Below, piece after piece: positions 37,371 to 47,500 of a DNA stretch of 64,000 bases (position 1 is the first letter of the stretch; every line of letters begins with the position of its first letter). The translations under genes and the position numbers were made by a program. Under the pieces are notes generated by a model. That model ran no database searches and was not told where the DNA came from. It saw only the letters and a list, made by a program, of their open reading frames with translations. Source of the stretch: a virus; IMG/VR virus record IMGVR_UViG_3300031673_008942, positions 1 to 64,000 of that record; one strand, given 5' to 3'.

Positions 37371-37688
37371 ATGATAAGATATGCGAAAGAGCTACTGAGC
37401 ATAGCGAAAGATGTTATTCCCGATATTGAATATGAGTTTGTTTTAGGTGAAGACTATCGAATTCTTGATGAGATATTTTCTAATTTTAATAGGTATATTT
37501 CCCGAATAAAGCATAATGAGGGATTTGAGACTACTTTGGTTCGTTATGATGGAGATGACTCTATGATTGTTGGAGTTGGAATCAGTGACCATCCTCATAA
37601 GGAAGCGATTTTACGAGAATTGGATAAGTATGTAAAAGGTATGGCAAAGAAGCTAAATGTAGAAATGAGAGAAGATTATGTATACTAA
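37371..37688 (+). CDS. Putative internal head protein
   Basis: AAGGAGG RBS; N-terminal YAKELLSIAKDVI. Confidence 0.55.
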   Translation: MIRYAKELLSIAKDVIPDIEYEFVLGEDYRILDEIFSNFNRYISRIKHNEGFETTLVRYDGDDSMIVGVGISDHPHKEAILRELDKYVKGMAKKLNVEMREDYVY

Positions 37689-38250
37689 TCCCTCAAATAT
37701 TATAAATACAGTTTTAGAATTGCTTGGAAGCAATGAGCTTCAGATAAATCAATGTGTTCAAGTTTATCAGCCGAGTCGCACTCTGGTTGTATTTAAGGGG
37801 ATGCGTAATGTATTGCCTGCGGATGCTTTCCCTAGTTTGGAGATTGAGCCTACGAATGCCTCAAATCAATGGGCAACAACCAGGGCGCAGCGACCCACTT
37901 ACAATTTCAAATTTACGCTTACGGTTCAAAATTCAAATGAGCAATATGGGGTGGAGTATATTGCTACAATTGCCACAATTTTAGTAGAAATCCTTACGAG
38001 CCCTCAAAATCTCCAGATGAAAGTTCTTGGAGAGACCAAATGGACTCCAAATGACGGCTTGGTGGATACTTTTATTCTTGATAGTTTAGTGCAAGATGTT
38101 ACCTACGATGCCTTTAAGGATGGCAGTTTGCGTACTGCTGAGTTTAATTGGTTTGCGACGATTAATGAAAGTTATCCAGAGAGTATGTGGTTGGGAAGTT
38201 TTGGGAATGCTAATGAGCCAACCATTCTCTTGCCTAAGATTATCGAGTAG
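37678..38250 (+). CDS. Putative tail terminator/completion protein
   Basis: FPSLEIEP motif; size and position before the tube genes. Confidence 0.45.
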   Translation: MYTNPSNIINTVLELLGSNELQINQCVQVYQPSRTLVVFKGMRNVLPADAFPSLEIEPTNASNQWATTRAQRPTYNFKFTLTVQNSNEQYGVEYIATIATILVEILTSPQNLQMKVLGETKWTPNDGLVDTFILDSLVQDVTYDAFKDGSLRTAEFNWFATINESYPESMWLGSFGNANEPTILLPKIIE

Positions 38251-38298
38251 TGAATTTTCACATTTTTTTTATATATCCTATTTATTTAAGAGGTTTTT

Positions 38299-38574
38299 AT
38301 GGATTTGGTCAAAGTTGATGAAGCGGTAAGCCTTCTATTAGGCGAAGATTTGAATGATAAGTATGTTGATTCGGTTGATGTCGGAGAGATTCCTTATCAG
38401 TCCAATTTGGCTTCCTTGAAGAATTTTGATATTCGAAATGATGCAGAGAAGGGCGAGAAAGAGTTAAAAAGAGCCATCTCAGGAATAGATGAGTGGATAA
38501 AAGCATTGGAGATTTACAGAAATGCCGCAAAAGAAGTCGCTAAAAAAGGAACTGCCGCCTTACGCTCGGCTTAA
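38299..38574 (+). CDS. Hypothetical protein
   Basis: GAGG RBS; T8-ATA motif upstream. Confidence 0.5.
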   Translation: MDLVKVDEAVSLLLGEDLNDKYVDSVDVGEIPYQSNLASLKNFDIRNDAEKGEKELKRAISGIDEWIKALEIYRNAAKEVAKKGTAALRSA

Positions 38575-38812
38575 AACGGTTCCTGCTTTGAAGAAGGTGG
38601 CGACTAATATGGCCTTGATGCATAAGTCATCGACGGAACTGAAACATTTGGAGACCGATTTTATAAAGTATGATATGAGCGATGAAGAGCTTGAAGTTGC
38701 AATGGATGATATGGCTTATTTTGCGGTTGAAGGAGCAAAGAATGCGGATTTGGCCATTGATAAATTGAAGGCTGTTCAAAATAAGATGAAGAGCTATTTG
38801 AAGGATTTATAA
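38522..38812 (+). CDS. Hypothetical protein (possibly a frameshifted continuation of the previous ORF)
   Basis: 53-nt overlap in the +1 frame; TAATG-coupled downstream. Confidence 0.45.
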   Translation: MPQKKSLKKELPPYARLKTVPALKKVATNMALMHKSSTELKHLETDFIKYDMSDEELEVAMDDMAYFAVEGAKNADLAIDKLKAVQNKMKSYLKDL

Positions 38813-39609
38813 TGTCATTAGTAAGTACTTCAGTTTTAATAGGAATTGCTGATAGGGCTGCCTCTCAGGTTGAATTGATAAAGACAGCTTTAGATGATTC
38901 CACTGCCACAGGTGGCGGAGATTATGTGACAAGAGTAACGGATACGGATAATCCAGATTTGGAAATTCCGACAGAAGGCGAATATGAGATTGTTGACGAG
39001 GATTTTACTTTGTGTATGGCACTAAAATACGGAACTCAGTTATCACGAATTGTGACTGGAATGTTGGCTCATTTTAATCGTAAAGATTCAGGTGGACAAC
39101 CTCTTCAGCAGGGTGGTTGGGATGGATATTGCCAAAATGAAGATATTCGTATGAGTTGGTATTTTAGTCAGTTGTTCTTTTGTACGCAAAGTTATTACAT
39201 GTTGGCGAATGATGTGTTTTCAGAATCAGTGGATGTTTTCGGGACTGTAGAACTTATTGGTGGTCCTGCTATAGATTTTACAAATGGTATAAATTACGGA
39301 AATGGTTCAATCAATAATCCGGCCAACGGTCAATATTATGCTGCTACTCAATTAAAAATTGTAGTGACATCTATGGGCGGTACAGATTTGGATTTGAGAT
39401 TGTCGGTTAAGGATATTAATGACTTGCCTACAACCATAGATGTCACTATTAGCGGAGGGTCCTCAGTAGGGACAGAAATCCCAGTCGGTACATCTTCGGA
39501 TAGATTCTTAGATGTGACAAACGTTTCGTTTGTTCCTTTTGGTTCCTTTGGAACTCTTGGGGATGAGGTAACAATTCAAAATTTAAAAGAAAGACAAATT
39601 TCTTTATAA
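38812..39609 (+). CDS. Virion structural protein (tail region)
   Basis: Gly/Thr/Asp-rich; precedes the tube gene. Confidence 0.55.
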   Translation: MSLVSTSVLIGIADRAASQVELIKTALDDSTATGGGDYVTRVTDTDNPDLEIPTEGEYEIVDEDFTLCMALKYGTQLSRIVTGMLAHFNRKDSGGQPLQQGGWDGYCQNEDIRMSWYFSQLFFCTQSYYMLANDVFSESVDVFGTVELIGGPAIDFTNGINYGNGSINNPANGQYYAATQLKIVVTSMGGTDLDLRLSVKDINDLPTTIDVTISGGSSVGTEIPVGTSSDRFLDVTNVSFVPFGSFGTLGDEVTIQNLKERQISL

Positions 39610-39630
39610 CAACAAAAAAGGAGGTGCCCT

Positions 39631-40725
39631 ATGGGTATGGGTTACCAAGGATTCGTCAAGTTCTATGAGACTGGACCAAGTTCAGACCCAATAGTTCTTT
39701 TGACCACAGGAGCAAGTGTTAACTTGGTTCTTGAGCCAATCTACAGTACTTCAGTTTGGGGTGCAGGTTGGTATAATGCTGCGACAACAGCACATTACGC
39801 AGATAACGCAATTAGATTCGAAGGTAATGTTGACTTCGAAATGCAAGCATCAGATGCCGTTTGGGATTTGATGGGTGATTGGATTGTTAATGACCGTGCT
39901 TACCCACGCTCTATTGATATTTCACCTGATGGTGCTCGTGTTTATCATTACCTGACAACAGGTGCATATAACGCTAATTATGACTTGAATGGTGCATGGA
40001 ATACATCTGCATCCTTCAGTACTTCAGAAGGGTCATTCGTGACTGTTTCTGCTGGTGTTGTAGCTCTTGACCGTACTGAGACTGACCCTGCCGGTGGCAC
40101 GGACTTCTCAGATTACAGCTATATTCAGCAGAAAACTGGTGTTGTAGCCGGTGACTGTACAGAGCTAGCTTTAACCAACCCATTGAACCCTGGCGGTAAC
40201 AATGTGGACCCAATCCCATACTGGCGTACAAACGCTCAGTTGTTGACAGGTACTTATAGTTCTCCATTTACTGGTGGTGCTGTTCCTCAGACTGGATTGG
40301 AAACGGTTGAGTGGTCTGTTGATGTAACTCAGAATCAGGTGATTCTCTATACTGCTAATGGTACTCGTTTACCAACGGCGTTATTGCAGGGTCCGATGGA
40401 CGTAACAGGGAACTTGGTTCTCTATAATGAAGATGGTGTTTTTGACCCAATTATTGGTCCAAGTGGTACTGGTACATTGACTTCTCCATTCATGTTCGCT
40501 GAGAATACATGGTTCAGAGTATCAATCGCTCGTGGTGTAGACCCAACGGTCTACATGGAAGTTCCTGCGGTTGTTATTGAGTCTGATGACTACAGTATTA
40601 CAGGACAGGATGCGGTAACGAATCGTGGATTCGGTATCAAGGGTCTTGGTGGACGTTGTAATGGTACAGTTACTCTTCCTCCATTCATCATGTCTGATAG
40701 TGCTGGTAGTTTCGTTGCTCCATAA
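39631..40725 (+). CDS. Major tail tube-like protein (paralogue 1)
   Basis: AAGGAGG RBS, biased codons, beta-rich; GYQG..PIPYW..EWSVDVTQ. Confidence 0.6.
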   Translation: MGMGYQGFVKFYETGPSSDPIVLLTTGASVNLVLEPIYSTSVWGAGWYNAATTAHYADNAIRFEGNVDFEMQASDAVWDLMGDWIVNDRAYPRSIDISPDGARVYHYLTTGAYNANYDLNGAWNTSASFSTSEGSFVTVSAGVVALDRTETDPAGGTDFSDYSYIQQKTGVVAGDCTELALTNPLNPGGNNVDPIPYWRTNAQLLTGTYSSPFTGGAVPQTGLETVEWSVDVTQNQVILYTANGTRLPTALLQGPMDVTGNLVLYNEDGVFDPIIGPSGTGTLTSPFMFAENTWFRVSIARGVDPTVYMEVPAVVIESDDYSITGQDAVTNRGFGIKGLGGRCNGTVTLPPFIMSDSAGSFVAP

Positions 40726-40746
40726 TCTAAATTAAGAGGTTATGTT

Positions 40747-41628
40747 TTGGCGATTGGTTATGAAGGTTATGTGACGTTAAAGGTTGATGCTACGGAAGAT
40801 TTGGCACTTTGCACAGGTGCCTCCGTACCGAAGACCCGTGTTCGATTGGAAAGTAGTTCCGGTTATGGTGGTCAAATCAATTCTCCGGTTTCGGAGATTG
40901 GTATTGGCTTGCCTCGGAATTATGATTTTGATGAATACAGCGGAAGCATAAACTTTGAATTGACTGAAGATTTTTTAGTCAACCAGATGAAAGAATGGTT
41001 GTTTGACCGACAGAAGAAGGGTGTTGTTACTCTTTCAAGTCGGGACGGTAACGAGCAATTATTCAATTCATCTTATTGGAATAACCTTTCAATATCAGCG
41101 ACAGAAGGTGGTGTTCTTGAGGGTTCTATTGGGTTTGTAGCCGAGACGATAAGTAATTACGACATTGGTGGTGACTATATCGGCAATAAAATTGGTCAGG
41201 GCTTCCTTTGTAATCCAGGGTCATTGAATATTCCAGCTCCGTTAAATGCAGATAGCAATTTATCACCCATACCCTACTGGAATAGTTCAATTATCGTGGA
41301 TGGAACTTTACGAGAATTCAACAGTTGGAGTTTAGATTTCAACCAAGAAGTTGTGAAGTTCTATGCTTGCGAGCACAATACAACTCCTCAGGCACCAAAG
41401 TACATTGCCGTCGGACCCATGACAGCCACTTTTTCAGGAGACTTCATGTTTGTTGATTCAACGACATGGACGTTTCCTGATTATGTCTCAACACTGGTTG
41501 TGAATATTGGTGGTGCATCCATCTCCATGGCTGATTTAGAGAGTTTGACAACGAATGATGCAGTACAGGGGCCAGATTCATTGACTCCAGTTTCTGTAGA
41601 GTATGCGGTTTATCAGCTAGTCGCTTAA
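40747..41628 (+). CDS. Tail tube-like protein (paralogue 2)
   Basis: TTG start with GAGG RBS; GYEG..PIPYW..SWSLDFNQ. Confidence 0.55.
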   Translation: MAIGYEGYVTLKVDATEDLALCTGASVPKTRVRLESSSGYGGQINSPVSEIGIGLPRNYDFDEYSGSINFELTEDFLVNQMKEWLFDRQKKGVVTLSSRDGNEQLFNSSYWNNLSISATEGGVLEGSIGFVAETISNYDIGGDYIGNKIGQGFLCNPGSLNIPAPLNADSNLSPIPYWNSSIIVDGTLREFNSWSLDFNQEVVKFYACEHNTTPQAPKYIAVGPMTATFSGDFMFVDSTTWTFPDYVSTLVVNIGGASISMADLESLTTNDAVQGPDSLTPVSVEYAVYQLVA

Positions 41629-41788
41629 GTTTAGCTGTGACAAGTCTGTATAATAAATAGACTTGGTAATATGAAATGAGAATTATATGAAAGATAAGCA
41701 CAGGATAGTACTTTGTCATACCCGTTTAAAATTATGGGTATTTTGGACTTTGGACTTCTGTGCTTTCGTGTTTTAAAGGAGAAAATTA

Positions 41789-42280
41789 ATGGCTAAGACA
41801 ATCGAATCTAAGAATAAAAATAAGCGAGGAGGCAAAGAAGAGGATAGGGTTGATGTCCGCTTAATGCAACCTGGCAAATATGAGGTTTCACCTGATGATA
41901 CCTTTACCATTGATATCTATCTTCAAATAAAAGAGAAGAGGTGGATTCTGGTTGAGGAAAGTGAAGAAGAAGATGTCTTTCATGAAGAGGTAGTAATGAA
42001 AATGTGGACCTATAATGACAGTGTTGAATTGCGGAAGATGGCGACCTCATATGACCAGATGAAGCGACTACACATGATTGACCAAGATTCTTTGAATAGA
42101 CTGAAGATTCAAAAGTTCTTGGTTTCATGGACTTTTGGTAGGGATAATGAGAGGCTGAAGTTGCATCATCATAATAAGACGTTAACCGATGAGTCTTGGG
42201 CTGCGGTTTCGAAATTGCAACCAAATATTTTGGAATACATAATTCAAAAAATGAATGCGGTTTATGAGTATAACGGTTGA
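41789..42280 (+). CDS. Tail assembly chaperone-like protein 1
   Basis: WTYND..LRK..ID...LVSWTF..L...L.P.IL; position between tube and TMP genes. Confidence 0.5.
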   Translation: MAKTIESKNKNKRGGKEEDRVDVRLMQPGKYEVSPDDTFTIDIYLQIKEKRWILVEESEEEDVFHEEVVMKMWTYNDSVELRKMATSYDQMKRLHMIDQDSLNRLKIQKFLVSWTFGRDNERLKLHHHNKTLTDESWAAVSKLQPNILEYIIQKMNAVYEYNG

Positions 42281-43007
42281 AGAATTAGCTAGAAAAGAAT
42301 GGGAAGCCATGCAAGACCCGACACGGGTTAGAGTCCGTATTGGGGTGAAATGGTTTGGCTCTATATGTCTTCCATGTTCCTTGAAAGACTGCAAGGAAGA
42401 GCATGAAGCTGTTTTTAAGACATTGACCTATGGGGACAATGCATTGATTGAGAAGGTTTGTACTTATGAGGGAGAGATAGAGCGTGGTATAAAGAAGAAT
42501 CAGGTAGATGTGATTGAGATGAGAAGGTTAATCGTTAAGCGTAATTTACTAGAATGGACACTTCCGATTAAGATTGAGAGAGAGGAGGGGTGGATGTGTC
42601 CTGAGAGTTATGAGAAGATAAGCCTAGTTCCGGCTCCATTGATGGATGCTTTTTTGGATGAATTTGAATCGAGGTGTTCTGTTTCTTCAAAGGATGAGCA
42701 GATGATAAGTCGTCAAGCTACGGTGTTGTTTGGTAAAAATAGTAGTGGGGTGGCCGATGCTTGTGAGGCAGTGAGTTTATTTTGTACATATGGTAATTAT
42801 AGCGAGAAATTTGGAATTGACAGAGAATCGTTGATTGGGTTGCCTTATAGGGAATATTTGATGTTAAAGATGATGGTAAATCATGAGAATAAGGCAACGG
42901 CACAGCAACAAACGCAGTCTAGGTCTACCTCTCATACAAAAATTGCAGGAATGGGTAGTTCACGAATTCGTCCAAGTAGGGGAGTTTCAGTACCTGGAAC
43001 TGGGTAA
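42264..43007 (+). CDS. Tail assembly chaperone-like protein 2
   Basis: LTYGD...VD..MRR..LLEWTL..VPAPLMD; C-terminal LPYREYL. Confidence 0.5.
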   Translation: MSITVEELARKEWEAMQDPTRVRVRIGVKWFGSICLPCSLKDCKEEHEAVFKTLTYGDNALIEKVCTYEGEIERGIKKNQVDVIEMRRLIVKRNLLEWTLPIKIEREEGWMCPESYEKISLVPAPLMDAFLDEFESRCSVSSKDEQMISRQATVLFGKNSSGVADACEAVSLFCTYGNYSEKFGIDRESLIGLPYREYLMLKMMVNHENKATAQQQTQSRSTSHTKIAGMGSSRIRPSRGVSVPGTG

Positions 43008-43018
43008 AGGTAAAGTTT

Positions 43019-43792
43019 ATGGCAGATGATACTAAAAGATTAGGATATGGCGGTAGTGCCGAGATTGATGGTGAGCAGGTTCTCATCACCTCTGGTGGTT
43101 TTAATTCTGCCACATCTATTAGTTATCTTCAGATGCTTGGCTTGCAGCCAGTGACAGATAGTCGGTCAAAGGTAAAGCATGCAGATGGGGCAACTGCTTA
43201 TAGCGGCGAGTTATCATTAGATGTGACTGATAGTTTTTTAAATATCTTGACTACTTCACGGATTTTGTCCCGTGGTTATATGTTCAAGGTGGGTATTGAT
43301 GATGGAGAGGATGGACAAGAATTAGATAATTGTTTAATAACGAGCCTTAGTTTACAAGGAACGTTTGGTGGCTTGGTGACATGTTCGATAAGTTTTGTCA
43401 GTGCCGAGGCTCCAACAAGCAGTGCAAGTGTAGCGAACGCTTTTATAGGAGATGCAGAGCCTTTAGGGTATTGGTATTCAGGTAATACAGATGTTAGAGA
43501 GTGGTCTTTCTCAATGAATCAAGATGTTCAGCCGGTTTATACGAACGAGAACACTCCGATTCCGAGATACCTAAAGATTGGACTTTTTGATTTTAATTTG
43601 GGTGTGACAACCTATGAGCAAGTGATTAACACAAGTGTGATAAACATTGCGACAAGGACGTTCACATTAACTGGAGACTCGGCGAGCGAGGGTTTCCAAT
43701 TCGCAGGTGTTACAGACTTAGGGTTGTACACCAATGCGTTTGAAACAGCAGCCTCCATTTCGGTGGGGTCTGGTGGCACTATTATAACATAA
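43019..43792 (+). CDS. Tail tube-like protein (paralogue 3)
   Basis: GYGG..YSGELSLD..PLGYW..EWSFSMNQ. Confidence 0.5.
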   Translation: MADDTKRLGYGGSAEIDGEQVLITSGGFNSATSISYLQMLGLQPVTDSRSKVKHADGATAYSGELSLDVTDSFLNILTTSRILSRGYMFKVGIDDGEDGQELDNCLITSLSLQGTFGGLVTCSISFVSAEAPTSSASVANAFIGDAEPLGYWYSGNTDVREWSFSMNQDVQPVYTNENTPIPRYLKIGLFDFNLGVTTYEQVINTSVINIATRTFTLTGDSASEGFQFAGVTDLGLYTNAFETAASISVGSGGTIIT

Positions 43793-43806
43793 AAAGGAGA
43801 CACGAG

Positions 43807-44505
43807 ATGTCTGAGACAGAAGTGAAAGAGAATGAAGAAAATAAAGTTAGTGAAAAGGTAGCAGTGGAGGAAACTCTTGTTGAGGCCATTGTTGAAACCC
43901 CTGTTGAAACCCCTGTTGAAGCCCCTGTTGCGGAAGAGGTCGCAGAAGTCTCTCAGAAGGAGGAGGGGAAAGAGCACAATGGTGTTAAAGAGATTGCTCA
44001 TAACGAAGATGTGATGGCAGAAGCTCAAGATTCTGAAGAGACTGAGGATGATGGAATAGCGGCATTGCCAAATTTCTTTATTGAAGACGATGATGTATGC
44101 AAGGTCGAGGTTGATGTTCTTACAGACAAGGAAGGTAAGATAGTAGCAGTAGGTCGAACAAGCGTTGGGCTTGGAGAAGAGGAGTTCCCTTCTTTAAGGT
44201 ATACCCATCAGTGGTTTGATTTTAAGGTTCCAAATTATGAAGCAATGAGTAATTATAGGAAGGCTTGTTCTATTCAGTCTAAGGACGGTCAGATTGTAAT
44301 TGATAGATACAAGATGAGAGATTTTCTTTTAGTTTGGCATTTGAAGGATTGGAGTTTAACTAATCCAAAAGGTGAAAAGGTTAAGCTGAAACATGATAAA
44401 GAAGGGAGGCTAAATGATGCCTCTACTGAGATGGTTTATAAAGTTCCACCTGCTTTATTGGATGTGGTTTTAACAATATTTGAAAAGGACCAAGTGCTTA
44501 TTTAG
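43807..44505 (+). CDS. Tail assembly chaperone-like protein 3
   Basis: PNYE..YRK..ID.YKMR..LKDWSL..VPPALLD; directly before the TMP. Confidence 0.5.
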   Translation: MSETEVKENEENKVSEKVAVEETLVEAIVETPVETPVEAPVAEEVAEVSQKEEGKEHNGVKEIAHNEDVMAEAQDSEETEDDGIAALPNFFIEDDDVCKVEVDVLTDKEGKIVAVGRTSVGLGEEEFPSLRYTHQWFDFKVPNYEAMSNYRKACSIQSKDGQIVIDRYKMRDFLLVWHLKDWSLTNPKGEKVKLKHDKEGRLNDASTEMVYKVPPALLDVVLTIFEKDQVLI

Positions 44506-44523
44506 TCCTGAGGAAAGGTAATT

Positions 44524-47500
44524 ATGCCAAGAGAATTTGAAGACTTTTCAGATGACGTAAGTAAGGGAACGGATAAGGTAAAGAATAGCCTTGACGGAAT
44601 CTCTAAGGCGGCTGCTGATGCGGATAAGGCTCATAATAAGTTGAGCGATTCGCAGAAGGCAGGTACTGCTATTGCTGATAAGTATGCAAAATCTCTAGAG
44701 AAGGTCAGTGCTGGCACTTTCGCAGTTGGCGAGGCTAGTAAGAAAGCTTATAAGGGTCTTGAAAAACTTGCTTCCATTAAAGGGAATGGTCTCTCAGGAA
44801 TCGAGGCAAACATTACTGGTATTACTAGTGCTATCTCAAATATGGATAGCGATGTTAGTAGGGCAATTGACCTTTTGGAGAGATTGTCAAATCAAGAAGT
44901 TGAGATAAAAATACCTGAACCTGACTTCGAGTTTGTTAAGGATTTCAAGAAGGGTACTGATTCGATTAATGCCGACCTTATAATGTTGGAGAAGACTGCC
45001 TCCAAACTGGGTAAGCAACAGTTTTTGGAATTGAGTATCGAGCTTGGAGGTCGAGAAGCGATTTCTTCCTTCCTTGATGAGATGGATGATTTGGAGAAGA
45101 AGGCTTTCCAAGCACAGGTAGACCTAAAGGGATTAGACGGAGCAGTACAGGATTTGGCTCAAAGTTCTCCTGTTCTCGCTGCTAATCTGATGAAGGCAAG
45201 AGAGGCGGCTGATGAGTTGGCACGGTCGTCCTCGACCCTTTCTGGGGAGATTGATAAGGCGGCCAGTGTTACAGACTTGGCTCGTAAAAGATTCCAAGAA
45301 GGAGCTAATGAGGCAAAAGGTTTTGCAGGAGGGCTTGGGGAAACGAGCGGGAAAGCAGTTGGAGCAGGCGTGGCGGTCTTTTACCTTGCTGAGAAATTGG
45401 CAGGATTGATAGATGAGTTTAAAGGGGCGGCTCTTGAGGCTGCAACTTTTAGACGTGAGACAGAGGCGTTAGAGCACGCTCTTGGAGGAATCGTAGTTCC
45501 AGGTGAGTTAGAAGATATCCGACAAAGACTTGGTTTGACTCGTGAACAGGCTACGGAGTTTTTCAAGGTTCTTGAAGCTGGAGCAACAAGTGGTGTCGCT
45601 AGCATTGATAAGTTAGCGGATGCAGGTGAGAAACTGAGGAACACTTTTGGTGGAGACCAGACAGACCGCTTGAGAGAGTATGTTGATTTGTTGAAAGAGA
45701 TTCCATCTTTGGATGCAGATTTAAGTATTAGTGCTGATTTGGATGACCAAGCGGCAGCCCTATTCGCATTGGCCGAAGCAGGGAAGATTCAAACGGTTAT
45801 TGATTTACAGGCAGCCGGTCTTGCTGGTGGCATACAAATTGAGGCGAGTAAGGAAGAGGTTAATTTATTAAACGTGGCTCAGAAGACCGAGCAACAGGTG
45901 CAGAATATCAAAGATTTTCTGGTTGGGAAACTTTTCCCGACTTGGGGTCCAGTTATTGGAGAGGTGGCTTCCGGGGTGACCAAGGTTATTGGATTACTAG
46001 GAGGAGCATTAGCACTATTTGGGGCGATGAAGATATTTCTTGGTAGTCAGATTGTGGCTCAGAATGCAACCACAAAGGCAGTTCTTTTAGGAGGACTGGG
46101 TGGTAAGGCAGGAAAGTTGGGTAAGGCAGGGGCTTTAAGGAAAGGATTTTCTCGTGGAGGGGGAGGCATTGGCGGAGTTAAACGGGGCGTATCTGGGGCG
46201 ATAAAGGCAACTGCTTTTACGAAGGCTACGACCAAGTTGGGGAAGGTAGCTCAGATTGGGGCTAAGGGGCTCTTGAAGGTTGGGAATGCTTCCAAGATTG
46301 CTGGTGGAGGGATGTTGAAGTTGGGTTCTCAATTTGCTAAAGCCGGGGGGATTTGGGGGGCAGTTGCACTTGTGGTGGGGATAGGAGCCACAGCGTTAGC
46401 AGATAAATTGGAAGAATCAGGGAACCGAGGAGGTGCTTCAGTTGCTAGATTTTCTGGAGAGCTATTAAAGGCAGGTGGAACGATTGCCTCTTTTGCTGCC
46501 ATGGGTAGTGTTATTCCTGGTGTGGGGACTGCTATTGGAGCAATAGCAGGGGTAGCAGTTGTTGCCATATCTTCCCTTGGAAGCTTAGGCGATGTTGCTT
46601 CTGGATTGGGGCAGGAACTTAATTCTACCGTTGACTCAGGGAAAAAATATGCAGGGTGGCTTCAGTCAACTGGTAAGGCATTAGACTGGATGGGGAAGAA
46701 GACTAGCAAGGCAGGTGCTGTCGTTGGTGACTGGGGCGATTTGATAAAATTTGGTACTAGTAAGGTTTGGGATGGGGTCAAAGCATTGGGTGGATGGATT
46801 AAAGGTTTGGGAGAGAGTGCAATTTATGGCGACGAATATGCTGCTTCTCTGAAAAAAGCTCGTGAGGCTCAGGGTGAATCTAATAAGTATGGTGCCGTAA
46901 TTGCATCGGCTCGGTCCAAGATGGCTAAATCTAGCGATAAAGTATCCAAGGCAATGCTGGAGCTGCAGAAGAATACCCAGGAATCAGGGATGGCTCTTCA
47001 ACAACAATTGCAAAGAACCAAGGCTGAATTTGAAGGAATAAAGTTTAGACTCTTTGAAAGAAATTTAGAAATTGCTTCTGATAGATTGTCTTTATTGTCT
47101 GATATCGGAGGGGATACTGGTAATTTCGAAAGAGCTATAGAATCAACCACTAGTGCTTTAAATGAGAAGTTTAAAAAGCTTACTGATTCTCTAGGTAAGA
47201 GAAGGTCTGATATTCTTAAAGATGGAGAGCTTAGTGCTTCAGGTCGTAAGGCTGCTCTTAATGACCTTTATGCTAAAGAAGTTTCTGCTGTTCGAGAATT
47301 GGTGGATGGGGTAAATAGTGTCGTTGATGCTCTTATGAAAACTCCATCTATTGTACTGAGGGGGTTGAAAGATGAGTTGGAGAAAGGTCGATTTGATATT
47401 CAGCTTGATGCAGGAGCTTTAGGTATTGATGATTTTACTAAAGGGTTAGATAGTCAATTTGATAATGCTTTTACTAATTTAACTGAGAGTTTTGAAGCGG

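Noticed and set aside
42241-42280. Canonical -1 G/GT tail chaperone frameshift
   Set aside because: The downstream ORF is in the +1 frame with an in-frame stop at 42252, and there is no slippery heptamer in the overlap
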